The notes: generated by a model not told the origin, from the letters alone. A stretch of DNA of 64,000 nt from Heteronotia binoei (GCF_032191835.1 NC_083243.1:37882001-37946000), one strand, 5' to 3'. Shown: positions 12,168 to 24,808, counted from the first letter of the stretch. Translations and numbers: made by a program.

Positions 12168-13114
12168 GTACTTGGTATGGAGGAGATGGAAAATGGAACA
12201 TAAATAAAACTCACAAGTTCAGCTTGCGGATAGGGAAACCTGAAACCAAAGCAGGAGAATTTTCAAGCCGAGCTAAGCAGGGATGCAGAATTCAAAAGCA
12301 ATCCCAGCTTGATCATCAGCATTTCTTAAACTTTAACTTAAACTGAGATGGAGGGTCTGTACTTTCAGTACCTTCCAAGCTCCTTGACTCTCTGAGAGTT
12401 ACTCTTTCAGCATGCAGTCCTTGCACAGAACTCTCTGAATGCAACAAGCTGTTGTGTGTGTGTGTGTGTGTGTGTGTGTCAGAATCAACAGACGGGAGCA
12501 GTAGTCCTGTTCTGGCATTAGGAGAGACTGACGGTGGGGTATCTCTGGCTTCCATCTAAAAGCAAACCAGTCAAGGCTGGGGAAGGTGAAGCGTTGCCAG
12601 AAGCTCCTGTAATGCTGCTTCTGCAGCCTCCATGGACTGCTGAATAGAATTTTACAGGACAAGACTTCTCTTCTTGCAGCAAACCTGCCTTTCTTGAAAA
12701 GCTGATCCTGGGCCTCAGGGGTGGGGGGGGAACTTTTGGGAACTCTGGGTTGGGTTGTGGACAGCAGCTCAAGAGGAAGATTTTAATTGGCAAGGGGGAA
12801 GTTTTAAGCAGTGGGGTTGCATGTTCAGGATCTTTTGGGGAGGGTGAAAAGCTACTCTGTTTCTACTATGTTACTCTAGAGGCTACAAACAAGAAATTTC
12901 TTATTTTCTGTATAACGACACACCTGGAACAAAACCTCAGGATGCTTTTCCTCCATTACACTGAGTTGTGCTTCCTTTAAATTGTTCAGTTGCGAGGTGT
13001 TCCGTGTGCCCTTCAATCTTGTTCTCAGGCAATCCCACACTGTCCCTTTGCTATTGTCCTCAGAAAGGCTCCTTTACCCTAAATTAAACTGCTGGATTTA
13101 ATTGAGATTCTAAG

Positions 13115-13321
13115 CAGTGTTCCCTCTAAGCTGAGTTAGTGTGAGCTGGCACACAGTTTTTTTAACCTCTGGCTCACACCATTGTGTCTTAGCTCAGGAA
13201 GGATGGCCCCAGGGCAAATTAATTAATGCAGTAGCCAAAACACTTCCTCACAACTTTAATGCCAGCTGCTCACAACGTGGAAGTTTTGCTCACAAGACTC
13301 CACATCTTAGAGGAAATGTTG
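13115..13321. mobile_element. hAT MITE (CAGTGTTCCCTCTAAG family); second copy inverted at 34521-34704
   Basis: TIR cagtgttccctctaag / cttagaggaaatgttg; decayed TSD attctaag/gttctgag. Confidence 0.7.
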
Positions 13322-13339
13322 GTTCTGAGCCAGTAGCAA

Positions 13340-13545
13340 CCCGAATAACCCAGCTCAGCCCAAGCTCATGAGAGTGAAGGAGCCAAGCAGGGTCAGTCAC
13401 AGCCAGTACTTGGATGAGGAACCCCCAAAGAAAGACCAGGGTCACTATGCAGAGGAAGGCCATGGCAAATCTCCTCTGCTCCTCTCTTGTCTGGGACCCC
13501 CTGTGGATGAGGTTTTCATTAGTTGGCTGCAATGCAACAGCCCGC
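13340..13545 (+). mobile_element. Degenerate 5S rRNA-derived SINE
   Basis: agccaagcagggtc...agtacttggatg head; body shared with 35452-35660 and 41297-41470. Confidence 0.55.
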
Positions 13546-14261
13546 TCTTCTTCCAAGACTCCAGTAGAGGGCCTAAGAGGAAGGGACTGCGTGATGGAAA
13601 GCAGTTGTGTGATTGTTAGAGCAAGCAGGGAGGGTCAAGAAGGGAACAGAAGTCTCCTTAGAGCTCTGGGTGGCTTAAGGGTTTGTAGATTCTCGTGGAT
13701 AGTTTCCACCACCGGCCTCCTTCATTCCTGTGTTTTGAGCCCAGCCCCTAAGGGCGACTGGGCAACAGTGGTTTGAGTGCCTTTAGAATGCGGGCACAAG
13801 AGAGGTGAATTTCCTTTGCCTCGCCTTCCACCCTCTCAAAAACCAGCTGGGCGCTAATTCATCACATCCTCTATAAAGCTTCCTTTACCAGTCACTTCGC
13901 TACTGAGTGGAAGGCTGCTGGATCCGATGTTTTCTTTAAAAGGTTTTGTTACCTTAAGAGAACTGTGTTTGTTTGTTTTCTTTTAAATAGCTGGTGCTCA
14001 GGACCTCATTTGGGATCAGGACCTATATGTTTGTCCAATTGGCAAATTGCAGCTCTTCAGGGTTGTTTCAGGTAGGGAAAACAGTGAGGGGGGAGGTTTA
14101 AACCCCCCTCCACACTGCAGTCCCCATCCAAATCGGGGTTCCATATATCTGTTACTTAAAAGGAATAAATTGCTGGGAGCTTCATACATTGACCAGTGGA
14201 GCTCCATACATAGAGCTCCCATTGTGGTTTGTCTGGTTTGGCCCACCTTTCAACTACTTAC

Positions 14262-14750
14262 TGTCAGTGTGCGTGGAAGTTCTGCAGGTATGAGTGCCCT
14301 GATAAGTGCAGCCACCAGTAAAAGTTCTATGAAGACAAAAACTCCAACAAGCCAGGTGAATCAGTTGTATTTGGGGTAAGGCAAAGAGAGTAGTAATAGG
14401 CAGGCAGATAGTCAATACACAGCAAGTTCAGTCCATCCAAGTTAGCAGTACACAGTCACAGTCCAAGAGAGTAGTCTTACACATACCAAGTCATCATCAT
14501 CATCAGTCAGTCCGACAGAGTAACAGCCTCTGATCACAATAGCTCTCCACACCTCTGCACGTCCTCCGTATTCATCAACCCACAGAGAATGAGAGTTAGG
14601 CTCTCTGTTGATATAGTGCAGCTAGCCAATCATGTTACCCAATTCTTAACTAGCTGCACATGATTCTCACATGCCTTTCATTAGCAGGTATAGTAGGAGT
14701 TACATAACAGTGCATCAGCACTTTTCTCCTTAAAGTGCCCAATGCTGACA
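14262..14750 (-). mobile_element. Solo LTR (Gypsy-like)
   Basis: TGTCAG...CTGACA termini, perfect 5-bp TSD CTTAC; CCAAT and TATA-like motifs suggest - orientation. Confidence 0.75.
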
Positions 14751-15859
14751 CTTACATGACTAGAGAAATTGAAGCTTGTGATTTTTCCCCCCGCCCCCAA
14801 TCACTGAACTAACCCTAGTGATGTTGCATGAGTTTCCACATATTCACAGGGGTCAGGCAGTTGCAGTAGTTTCTGAAGCAGATGAAAAGTGTGTCCAAAA
14901 AGATCTAAGAACAAAGATCCAAGCTAGAACTAGAAAAGGCAAGAGGAGCAGTGCCAATCGAAATTCAAGGCAAATTTTTGATGGGAGCATCAAGAGGCTC
15001 ATGCTACAAAAAGCTTTGTCCAAACTGCAGGCAGACAGGACGCCTGCCAGCCTGGCATAACCAAGCAAGCTGCAAAAGGGGGATGCTCTAGTGGCTATGA
15101 ACTTTGACCTGTGCCCAGCCCCTTTGGGCCAGATGACTAGTGCAGACTCTCAAGTCCTAACCCTAAATACAAAAGATTGTCATGTTGATGTATTCAGAGC
15201 AATAGAAATGAATTATTGGTTGCTTGGGGGACAAAATTGGGTGTGTGTTTTTTTTCCTGAAATCCATTTTGTCAGGAGGACAGTACTGGCTTTTTAAATA
15301 CCTGCATCCTCATTGTTCCTGTACTTTTTTTAATGTTTTAAAAGCTTTTCTTTAAAATAATTTTAATGGTGAAGTGCAACCCCCAGCAATAACATTCTAG
15401 AGCAAGAGTTCTATTTAAGCAATCCAAAGGTACCAAGCTCTATTAATACCTTCTGCTGCTGTAGCAGTTTGTATCTTGCCATTTTGAACTTTGTCATTTT
15501 AAAGCCTTTCATTCTTTAAAGGCTGTGCATCCTACTTCTTTCTCCCTTTTGCAACAGGGCTGCTTTCTCATTATGTGTTCTGTGGGCTATTGCAGTACTG
15601 ATGCTAGAACAGAACTAGCCCATTTGTAGACTTGATAAAATTTGGTTATTGTATAGGGCTGTTTTAGTTGATGGACTGTGCTGCCCCCTAGTGTTGGTTT
15701 TTGTCACCTAAAATCCTATTAGGAACAAGATGATTCAGAATTCAAAGGATTGCGCTTTACACCGTTCATTCTAATAATTTAACACTTGCATATTCTCACC
15801 TTTCAGAACTACAGTTTAACACCCTTGATTTTTTTCTTTTACCTTTCTCCCAACTGCAG

Positions 15860-15927
15860 ATAGAGAATCGATATTTTTCAACAGCCACAATGTATCAAAG
15901 CCAGAATCCTCATCAGTCCTAACAGCA
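15860..15927 (+). CDS. ITPK1: ITPK1 coding exon (exon 9 equivalent)
   Basis: ctgcag|AT...GCA|gtaagt; 68 nt; (D)RESIFFNSHNVSKPESSSVLTA. Confidence 0.97.
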
Positions 15928-16095
15928 GTAAGTACTACAAGCCTCTTTCTGGGGTGGGGTGGGGGATACAAAAGGATTAACCATTTTGCTACAGTATAAA
16001 TAGCAGAGAGAGCTCAATATGGGTCATTGTAGGTTTTCTCAGTTAGAGGTAGGTCTTTGCTGGTGTAGCCTAGGAATAGATCAGAAGCTCACTAC

Positions 16096-16312
16096 ACCAG
16101 TTGAGTGTAGTGATTAAGTGTGCGGATTCTTATCTGGGAGAACCAGGTTTGATTCCCCACTCCTCCACTTGATGCTGCTGGAATGGTCTTGGGTCAGCCA
16201 TAGCTGTCGTAAAATCTGTCCTTGAAACGGCAGCTTCTAGGAGAGCTCTCTCAGCCCCACCTACCTCACAGGGGGAGGAAGGTAAAGGAGATTGTAAGCT
16301 GCTTTGAGACTC
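16096..16312 (+). mobile_element. Squam3-type tRNA-derived SINE, partial
   Basis: gtgtagtgattaag...ggtttgattccccactcctccac...cctcacagg. Confidence 0.75.
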
Positions 16313-16584
16313 TGGGTGCATTCACACTACACTACCTAATCCGTTTTACATCCGGATTTTTACTGTATAACAATAGCGAAAATCTGGGTGTAAAATGCAT
16401 TAGTTAGTGTAGTGTTTTCTGCCTCTGTAAAAGTTGCATAAGTTGCCAGCTCCAGTTTAACTTTTCTTTGAGTACTTTCTCATGAGATCACACGGTGAGC
16501 TTCGCATTTTTGCATCGGATGATGCTTGCGGCATCTAAAAGAGCAAACATTGCAGTGAGAGTCAACATAGTGTAGTAGTTAGAG

Positions 16585-16963
16585 CAAAGATGGCCAAACT
16601 GCAGCTTGGGAGCCACATGTGGCTCTTTCACGCATATTGTGTGGTTTTTGAAACCCCCACTGCCCTGTTCGCCAGCTTGGAGAAGACATTTGTCTCTTTA
16701 AATCCCTTCACCAAGCCAGCTGGCAGCTTGGAGAATGCATTTAAAGTTAAAGTTGCTTTCTTTTCTACCTCCNNNNNNNNNNNNNNNNNNNNNNNNNNNN
16801 NNNNNNNNNNNNNNNNNNNNNNNNNNNNNNNNNNNNNNNNNNNNNNNNNNNNNNNNNNNNNNNNNNNNNNNNNNNNNNNNNNNNNNNNNNNNNNNNNNNN
16901 NNNNNNNNNNNNNNNNNNNNNATTCTATGCGGCTCTTACATTAAGCAAGTTTGGCCATCCTTG
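16585..16963. mobile_element. hAT MITE spanning the assembly gap
   Basis: TIR atggccaaact / agtttggccat; 8-bp TSD (A/G)GTTAGAG; related partial copy at about 63200-63345. Confidence 0.75.
16773..16921. other. Assembly gap (149 N)
   Basis: Run of N. Confidence 1.
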
Positions 16964-17080
16964 GGTTAGAGGGCTTTCATATAACCCATTAATGAGCTTT
17001 CCTTTTAATCTGCTGAGATGATCCATATTTGCCAGTTTCTAAACTTGTTATTTTCCCATTTTCCCCTCTTCTCTCTGTAG

Positions 17081-17243
17081 CTCGATAAAATAGAAGGTGT
17101 GTTTGAAAGGCCGAACGACGAGGTCATACGAGCGATCTCGAAGGCGCTGCAGCAGGCCCTAGGGGTGTCTCTCTTTGGGATTGACATCATCATTAACAAT
17201 CAGACTGGTCAACATGCTGTGATTGACATCAATGCATTCCCAG
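17081..17243 (+). CDS. ITPK1: ITPK1 coding exon (exon 10 equivalent, ATP-grasp metal-binding motif)
   Basis: ctctgtag|CTC...CAG|gtgaga; 163 nt; LDKIEGVFERPNDEVIRAISKALQQALGVSLFGIDIIINNQTGQHAVIDINAFP(G). Confidence 0.98.
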
Positions 17244-17590
17244 GTGAGAGGAGGCTGCTACGAGCCAGGCAAAGTCCATCTACAGCACACTTAGTTCAAC
17301 ATCTGCTTAGGTCTGTGCGAAGTGGGGCAGGCAGATTTTATTTTGATTACCAGCATCTTCGCATCCCACTTTTCTCCTGCTTGAGAGCTGCCTTCCTTAA
17401 CTGTCTTAATTTTCCAGTAGCTTTTTTACAATTGTTTTTAAAAATCTCTTTAGCTATAATTGCTGTAATTGACTTGCTTGTAGCCTAGTAAGGCCCACCT
17501 AGCTTTTGTGGATTAGCCTAGAGTGGTAATATACTTCAAGCTTGCTAGGCATTCCAGTACGCCCTGACGCTTCTCATCAGTACAAAATCA

Positions 17591-17793
17591 CGGGGCCATC
17601 ATGGTTCACTGAGAGAGCCCCTCTTTTTTACACAGAATAAGGTTTAATCCCCACATCCCTAGCTGAAAAAGATCAGATAGTAGGTGATGACCCTGAGGAG
17701 CCACTCAAGACCCTGAGGAGCCATTGTCTATCAGAAGAGGCAAGGACAAGCTAAATGGGCCCATTGGCTGACTCTCTATAAGGCAGCTTCATG
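17591..17793 (+). mobile_element. Degenerate tRNA-derived SINE with CR1-like tail
   Basis: aggtttaatcccc B-box remnant and tataaggcagcttcatg end; family also at 34170-34362, 44012-44197, 46431-46632 and 61375-61720 (all -). Confidence 0.55.
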
Positions 17794-19352
17794 TTTCTGC
17801 AGCATTCTGTTCCCTCTCTGTAGAGCAGGGTTCTCCAATGTGGTGTCCACCCGGTGTTTTCAGAAAGTGAGTGGAGGCTAGATGGGGCTCAGCAGGGCTT
17901 CTGATTGGCCACGGAAGATCAACTAAATAAGGCCCCCCCAGTGGCGCTTGCCACAGCAGCATTTGCTTTATTCTCTCTCACACCTCTTTTGAAGCGCCTT
18001 TCCTAATTACCCCTGTTCTCCCCTACAATTGGACTTCCTCTGTCTGTGGCAGCCATTTGGTGGTCAGTTCAGGCTTCTAAGCCTGCCATTTTGTGGTTGT
18101 GCCCACCACTTTGTGTCAGAATTGCAAAGCTGTCCACAGGCTCAAAATGGTGGGGGAACACATCAGCATTCCACAAAACAGATAGAAACTATGCTACACA
18201 GGTGTTTAAACCTACCCCAAAGTGTGGCCAGTAGATATGCTAATTTCTTTTTAAAAAAATTAAAATAATGTAATAAAATGTTTTTAAATAAATAATGTAA
18301 CTAAAACATTACTTTTTTTAAAAAAATGACATTTAAAGCATTGAAAATAATTTTGTAAGTATTAAAGTTGTAAAATGTGCTGTGACATTCTGTCACCTTT
18401 CATTGAAGACGTTTCGTGATTCATGTAAAAGAAGAACAGGGAAGAGCCTTTTGAATATGTATTTATGTAAAAGAGATCAGGATTCTTCTCACTTGAGTGT
18501 ATGATAATCTTGAGCACTGACATATGCAGACACTGAGAAACTGCCCTGCTCGGTTTTCCCAGATGCACATATATTTGTGTGTAACGTTATTTCTTTGTGT
18601 AACATTGATATTTCCTACAGCATGCATAGCATGTGGTGCTTTCTCTTAGGGAGAAGAAACAATGCATTGTGTGACAGAGAAACAGAAATTGGAATCTAAC
18701 CGAGAATGGAAAAATTGGTTCTGTGAACTGAAATATTCAACAACAACAAAAAAGAACCTTAATTCAGTTTCAGGATACATCTCTTGTGTGTTTAGATTAA
18801 CATTTCTTGCTGTAGTGTCTAAAAACATCCAGGTTTTTCTGTTTTCTCCTATGTTTATTTTATTCCGTCATGAGGATTTATCATTCTCTGGAAAATAATT
18901 TTCCTTAAAGATTGTAGCTAAAAACGTGATGTGTCCCCCCCACACACACCATTGTCAGTTTAGAGGTGTTCTTATTCCCTCAGTTCTTCTTTCTGCAGTC
19001 AGACTCCCCCACAGAATGGTTATAAAGATCATGCTTTATTTTTTCTACCCAGGCATACTGTAAGACAGCTTCCTGCAGTGTCTGTTAGGAGCCTTTCAGC
19101 TGTTCCCCTACTCTGCATAATCTCAAGGGCCCTGTAACTCCAAACAGATAATATCCTTCTGCCAGTAAAATAGTTTATTAAACTCCCCTGGCTCCGGCTG
19201 ATAATCCTTTTGACCTGAACAGGGGAGCAAAAAGCATGGGACCTGTCAATCCAATAAGGTCAGATATAATTTGAGACAGGTATAGAGACCCATGAGATCC
19301 TGAGTTACATCAAACAACAAGGCCTTGGCATAGATATTGAAACCTCCTAGGA

Positions 19353-19487
19353 CAGGGGTGGCCAGTGGTAGCTCTCCAGATGTTTTTTGCCTACAACTCC
19401 CATCAGCCCCAGCCATTGGCCATGCTGGCTGGGGCTGATGGGAGTTGTAGGCAAAAACATCTGGAGAGCTACCGCTGGCCACCCCTG
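19353..19487. mobile_element. Fully palindromic hAT MITE
   Basis: CAGGGGTGGCCA...TGGCCACCCCTG, whole element is a fold-back; perfect 8-bp TSD TCCTAGGA. Confidence 0.9.
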
Positions 19488-20659
19488 TCCTAGGAGAATG
19501 AGCCCATGGTTCCCTCAATGCCATCCTCGGCCAGTTTAGGCAGGCAGACAATAGCAGGGCTGCTAGAAGCCTGTGGCACCACTAAGGAGCAGCAGGACAT
19601 CATAAGTGTCTTCCATGGTCAGCAGAGACTCACCCAGGCTCTCAGTAAAATTTCCTTTACTGTTAAGAGCCACATCTACACAGGTATCCAAATGGGCACA
19701 GCTTCCTTCACTTTGCCCCTTTAAAACCTCAGGAAGCTGAGCTGTGCCTCTGATGTGAAGCAGTTCCACGGCTTTCTACAGCTGGTTGGCTTTTCCTGCC
19801 ACTGCTCTCTCTCCTCCTCTAGGTTTCTCTTCTTCCCTTCTTGGTGCCCTCTCAGCCTCTCCCAGTCTGCTCCACTTCCTATCTTCCTTGACATCTTCCT
19901 TTTCATCATTCCTGGGCTCCACCTGTGCTGGCCAAGCGCAGCACTGCCCTTCCCTTCTTTGAGCCTGGTTCATCTCTTAATCCGTTCCTTCCTTGCCTTG
20001 CTCCACCCTTTCCTAGAGCAGCTGCTGCCTTTGGCCCAGTAGGTGGGGCCTCCTCTGGCCTCAGCTGTCACCTCTGTGCCACAAATCCCTATTCCAGTGA
20101 CTCCCACCTTGGGTACCATGATGCTTGCCATTGTGTTTTTTGGCATCCATTATCCCCAAAGCAGACAGCCGCTCTGGCTTTCTTCCATCAACCATAGTAG
20201 GAGAGTCCAGGAGACAGGCAGTTTAAATCTGCAGGGGGCATCCATTTTGAACCAGCCACCTCCATCGTTGGAGAGTGTTTGGTTTGGAATCTCCTACCTT
20301 GTTATGGAAAGCCCTGGCGTTATGTGACTGGACCTTGCCTTGAGGGTAGCCATTGTATGATTAGGTTCCAGCTCTGATTGGGAGCCATTTTAAATATTCC
20401 CAAGCAAATCTGAGCCCAGTACCAGGTGTTCACACTCAAAACTGAGAGACTATTCCATTGAGGTCTTGGTGACTGGGATAAAACCCCAACAGAATGCAGC
20501 AGTCTGTCCATTCTCCATCCATAGAGTTGGAGCTGCTACTGGACCCCAGTGCTGGACTGTTGTTTTTGCAGTCTGGCGCTAGGATGGCCACTGAGTCAGA
20601 AGAACTGGTCAAGAGAGAGATTGGCTGGTGTGTGAGAGCGGAGAGAATGAGCAAAATCA

Positions 20660-20918
20660 GACCGATTCCCCACTACCCTTATGCCATTCTCACTCTCCTC
20701 CGCAGGGCTTCTGTCGGATTTCACACTCTGTGCCCCGGGGCTGCAACTAGCTCTGCCTCTTTCACACAGCAAACAAGATCCTCTAAAAACTGGTTTCTGT
20801 TTGCCTCGCAAAAAAGGCAAAACAAGTTGCAGCCCCAGGGCAGATAGCATGAAATCCGACAAAAGCCCTGCAGAGTAGAGGAGTGTGAGAACGGCATAAG
20901 GCTAGCGGGGAACTGATC
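20660..20918. mobile_element. Palindromic MITE, PIF/Harbinger-like
   Basis: About 115-bp imperfect inverted arms; 3-bp TSD TCA. Confidence 0.65.
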
Positions 20919-21669
20919 TCAGTCTTTAAATATGTTTGCAGCAGAGGGATAGTCATGTTGGTCTGCAGTAGAAGAGCTGGGTTCGAGTCCCACAAGATTT
21001 TCGTGGTATAAGTTAACAAGTCAAAGCTCCCTGTGTCAACTGCCCGACCAAGGGAGCCTTGACACTCTGAAGCTGATATCCCTTGTGGAAAAGGGGTTTC
21101 CTTTTTTGGAATATGTTAACACTAAAGAATCAGCTAACCAACTAAATATTTGAATTTTGTGTTATATAGAAAAGAAGTTCAAAACTGTATAATATCCTTG
21201 TAGATGTGTGACTGTTTGGAAAATAATTTGATGTGTGTGTGTATTTTTGTTGTTATTTTTTGTATAGCATAGGTAGATTTGTACGTTAAATGTAAAATTA
21301 ATAACAATTTAAGTTTAAAAAAAAAAAGCTCATATCCTGGAAAATCATGTTAGTCTCTAAGGTACCCCTGGACCTGAATCCAGCTATCCTTAAGTATGCT
21401 TTCTTTTTCCCCCCTTACCTACCTGATTGCATTTTTTTAAAACCCTGTTTTTAAATTTTATTCCCAGAGCATTTTTTCTACAGGAAAAACATGGGGAAAA
21501 TACAAATCCATTAAATAACTAATGAGTTAGTATCCCATCAAAGTTATCTACTGCAGCAAGATGTACAAGGAGCTGGCTGGCATTAATTCAGGGCAGGGGA
21601 GTAAGTTTAGAAAAGTAACCTGAATATTGGGGGGGGGGGGGTTGTATGTTTGTTTTTGAGAGAGAGAGA

Positions 21670-21885
21670 GAGAGACAGTGCATCTGGAAGTCATGGTGAC
21701 CTCTGGTGACTGACCGGTACTGGGGGCCTGGAGGATATTCAGAGAGGCGACTGAATAAAACCTGCCCCTGCCTCCCAGCTGCTGGTATTCCAGGGGTTCC
21801 TATCCAAGTACTTGCCAGAGTTGGCCCTGCTTAGCTTCCAAAATCAGACAAGATGGGGCTTGCCTGGGCTGTCGAGGTCGGGGCA
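21670..21885 (-). mobile_element. 5S rRNA-derived SINE, second body type
   Basis: Minus strand ccccatcttgtctgattttggaagctaagcagggccaactctggcaagtacttggatagga aligns to 5S boxes A/C; ends at an (AG)n tract. Confidence 0.65.
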
Positions 21886-22017
21886 AAAACACCCTGAATT
21901 ATGGATTAGTCCCTTTTGTGAACCTGCTTTAGGTTAAAAGTGCATAAATCTTTTAAGTGAGTGAATGATCAGGGAGATAGATAGCTGTGTCAGAATTCTT
22001 TGTTTATTTTCCTCCAG

Positions 22018-22337
22018 GTTATGAGGGCGTCTCGGAATTCTTCACGGATCTCCTCAACCACATAGCTGCCGTCCTGCAGGGGCAAGCACCCGAGGCACCC
22101 CAGCTGAACCGGAGCAAGCACCTGGCCGAACAGACCGGCAGCTTGGCAGGGGAGCGGACATGCTGCGCGAGCAACGGCTGCCGGAGCATGGTGGGCAAAG
22201 ACCCTTGGATCGTGGACAGCGAGGCCACCCCCTCAGTCAAGCTTCAGCACCAGAGACTAGGTTGCAACTCGGCTGTCTCTCCCAGCTTCCAGCAGCACTG
22301 CGTGGCCACATTGGCAACGAAAGCTTCCTCTCAATAA
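22018..22337 (+). CDS. ITPK1: ITPK1 terminal coding exon
   Basis: cctccag|GT; (G)YEGVSEFFTDLLNHIAAVLQGQ...HQRLGCNSAVSPSFQQHCVATLATKASSQ, TAA at 22335-22337; C-terminus matches ITPK1. Confidence 0.98.
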
Positions 22338-24802
22338 CCCAAACCGGCTCCGTAGACTGAGGGGGAGGCCCCTAGGCCCCAGGATCAAAGCAGGCTGGTT
22401 GGTAATGCAACTACTACGTTAAAAAAAGAAGAAATCTTTATTAGTTCACCGTGATTTTTTTTAAAGGAAAAAAGAAACAAATTTAGTGATCTGGGTCCAC
22501 TTCATCAGATTCCTACTGCAGCTGCGTAGTGATTTTACACACGCTTGTGTATCTGTGTGTGTGTGTGTGCGTCCTTGTGTGTGTGTGTGCGCGCACACAC
22601 ATGTCTTTTTAAACACTAGATCCCTTAATATGGGAGGATGGGAAGGGGATATCACTTGTTTTTGTTTTGTTTTCATTTGTAATCATTAGTGACCAGTAAA
22701 CCTCACAGAATGGATAAGGCTTGCATCTGAAAAAATTACCCAGTCAAAATCCAACAGCCCTTCTTCACTTCCCTCTCAGCTTGCTCTAAAGAGTAGGGCA
22801 AGAGAGCACACAGAATGTTTTTATTGTGCACTGAAAAGGTTCTCAGCCAGGTGAAAGCCTATATGATTCTGTTGTCATTGGCTGTGTCACTACCTGTCGC
22901 ACAAGAGAATCCTGGGGAGGTTTCTTCAGCCAGGCCTTTTCCTTTCCCTCAATAGTTCTTCTGCTTTCCCTGTCACGAGACTCAACAGGGGTCAGCTGTG
23001 GTTGTGACCTCTGCTCACTACAACTTATTCTCTTCAAAAACAGGCCAGGCTTTTTACCCTACCGCCTCTTTCACTCTTCTGGGTTGATTCTGTGGGATAC
23101 TTCTTGAAGGGGTAACATGTATTCATCTGTAATTGTGTTGCACTATCTGGCTGTACCTTAAGACCAGTAGCAAAACCAGGAGTGTTTCTTTCCTCTGAAC
23201 CAATAAAGCCTGCCTCTGCAACCTTGGCCAGTTCCAGCTATTATATCAAAAGTAGCTTGGACCAGTTAAGAGAAGGCTTGGTTAGTAAACCTGAGGGCCT
23301 CTTCCTGTTTGAAACAATCTCTAAATTGTTTGAAAGGAAACATTTTAAAAATCCTGAGTTGTCTAAGCATCAGTGGAGCAGTTGAACATTTTACACAAGC
23401 TTCAGCTTGTGGGGGGGTCCAGTTCACCTGCTTACCCAAATCCATTTCCTGTGCTCATAGTGAATGCATCCAAAGTTAATCTGCACCTCCTTTTTTGGAG
23501 AGGTAGAAGGAAGATGTGAATCGTGCATACACATGGCCATCATCATGCATTATGGCATAGGGCTGTAACGGGGAGGGGGGGCAGTGAATGCTCGTACTCC
23601 CTGAACGGCCATACCAGAAAAGCCCCCCCCCCTTTAAAGAGCACGAATTAGTCTTAATTCACCACTGATGTCAAACATTCTTGAATTTCTAGTCTGGAAG
23701 GAGAAGGTGGGAAGACCTGATGAGATTTTGGAACAGAGAAAGAGAGAAGGGGAATGCCAAGAGAGTTTTATAGCCTGCATATTGGCCTGCGCTTTCTAGC
23801 TGAGGGAATGCCTAGAACTGTCCATATGGGGGAAGAATGCTTGGCTTGTGAGGTATTTTTAAGCCCCAGTATAAAGACTCTGCAGGAAATAGTAATTGAT
23901 ATAATCACCCTTTAAAAGTAGGTGGTTTCTGTTCAGAGATGAGAGATCATCAGACATTCATTTTGGGTTTCTGAATCCATTTTGAGTCATTGCAGTTTGG
24001 AACGATGCTTTCTGTTATCGACAGTTGCTGAGGGATCACAATGGAAAACAGGTAGGGATTTGAGTGCACATTTTTAACACACATTAGGCAGGGGTGAAAA
24101 GTAGGTTGAGCGTGGATTTATAGAACTCTTCGATACCATTAACCTCTTGCAAGTTCATGATCTTTTTTTTTTAAGAGATTGCAATCAGAACCCCCCCCCC
24201 CCTGTGTTCTTGTGAGCAATGCAAGCTGGAACATAGTTTCCCCCTGACAAGTGATCACAACCCAACGCAGGTCTTTATATCATTTAGTAAGGCAAAACAC
24301 ATTGCAGTTTGTTCCAGCCCTGCTCTACCTCATTGGTTGTTGGGACTGATGATGTCATGTTGTGCCATACTAAATATAATGAGAGAACAGGAGAAAAGAA
24401 AGCATGGACTAGTTCCAGACACTGTTGACCTCAGGGAACCCCTACTAGGGTATATGATTCTACTATGGCATCACTGGGTTTTGGAATTCTCTCTCTCTTT
24501 TTTTTAACTATTAACTTTTCTCTTTCTCCCCCTCCCACCCATCCCCTGCACCCCCCTCCAAAATGAAATGGCAATATTAAAATAAATTTGAGCTGAGGGA
24601 GAGAGAAGAGGAGAGATTCTGTTTGGTGTGATTTAGTAGTGGGAGACATTTCAAAACTAACAATGTTTACATGAATCTGAGTATTGGATCCAATTGTGGT
24701 GTCTTTTGTGCTGTTTCCTGATTTTAACAATGAATTCTTTTTCTTTAAATGGCTGCCTTCTAAATTTTGGTTGGCCTATTTTGCACTGCTTCATTTCTCT
24801 GT

Positions 24803-24808
24803 AATAAA
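24803..24808 (+). terminator. Candidate proximal ITPK1 polyadenylation signal
   Basis: AATAAA overlapping an upstream TGTA and followed by a T/GT-rich tract; other AATAAA at 24581-24586 and 29230-29235. Confidence 0.45.

Noticed and set aside
19500-20330. Cluster of short ORFs with charged low-complexity translation
   Set aside because: No splice or homology support; probably decayed TE sequence or compositional bias
22335-22355. Possible stop-codon readthrough of ITPK1
   Set aside because: TAA is not in a leaky context and an in-frame TAG follows after five codons
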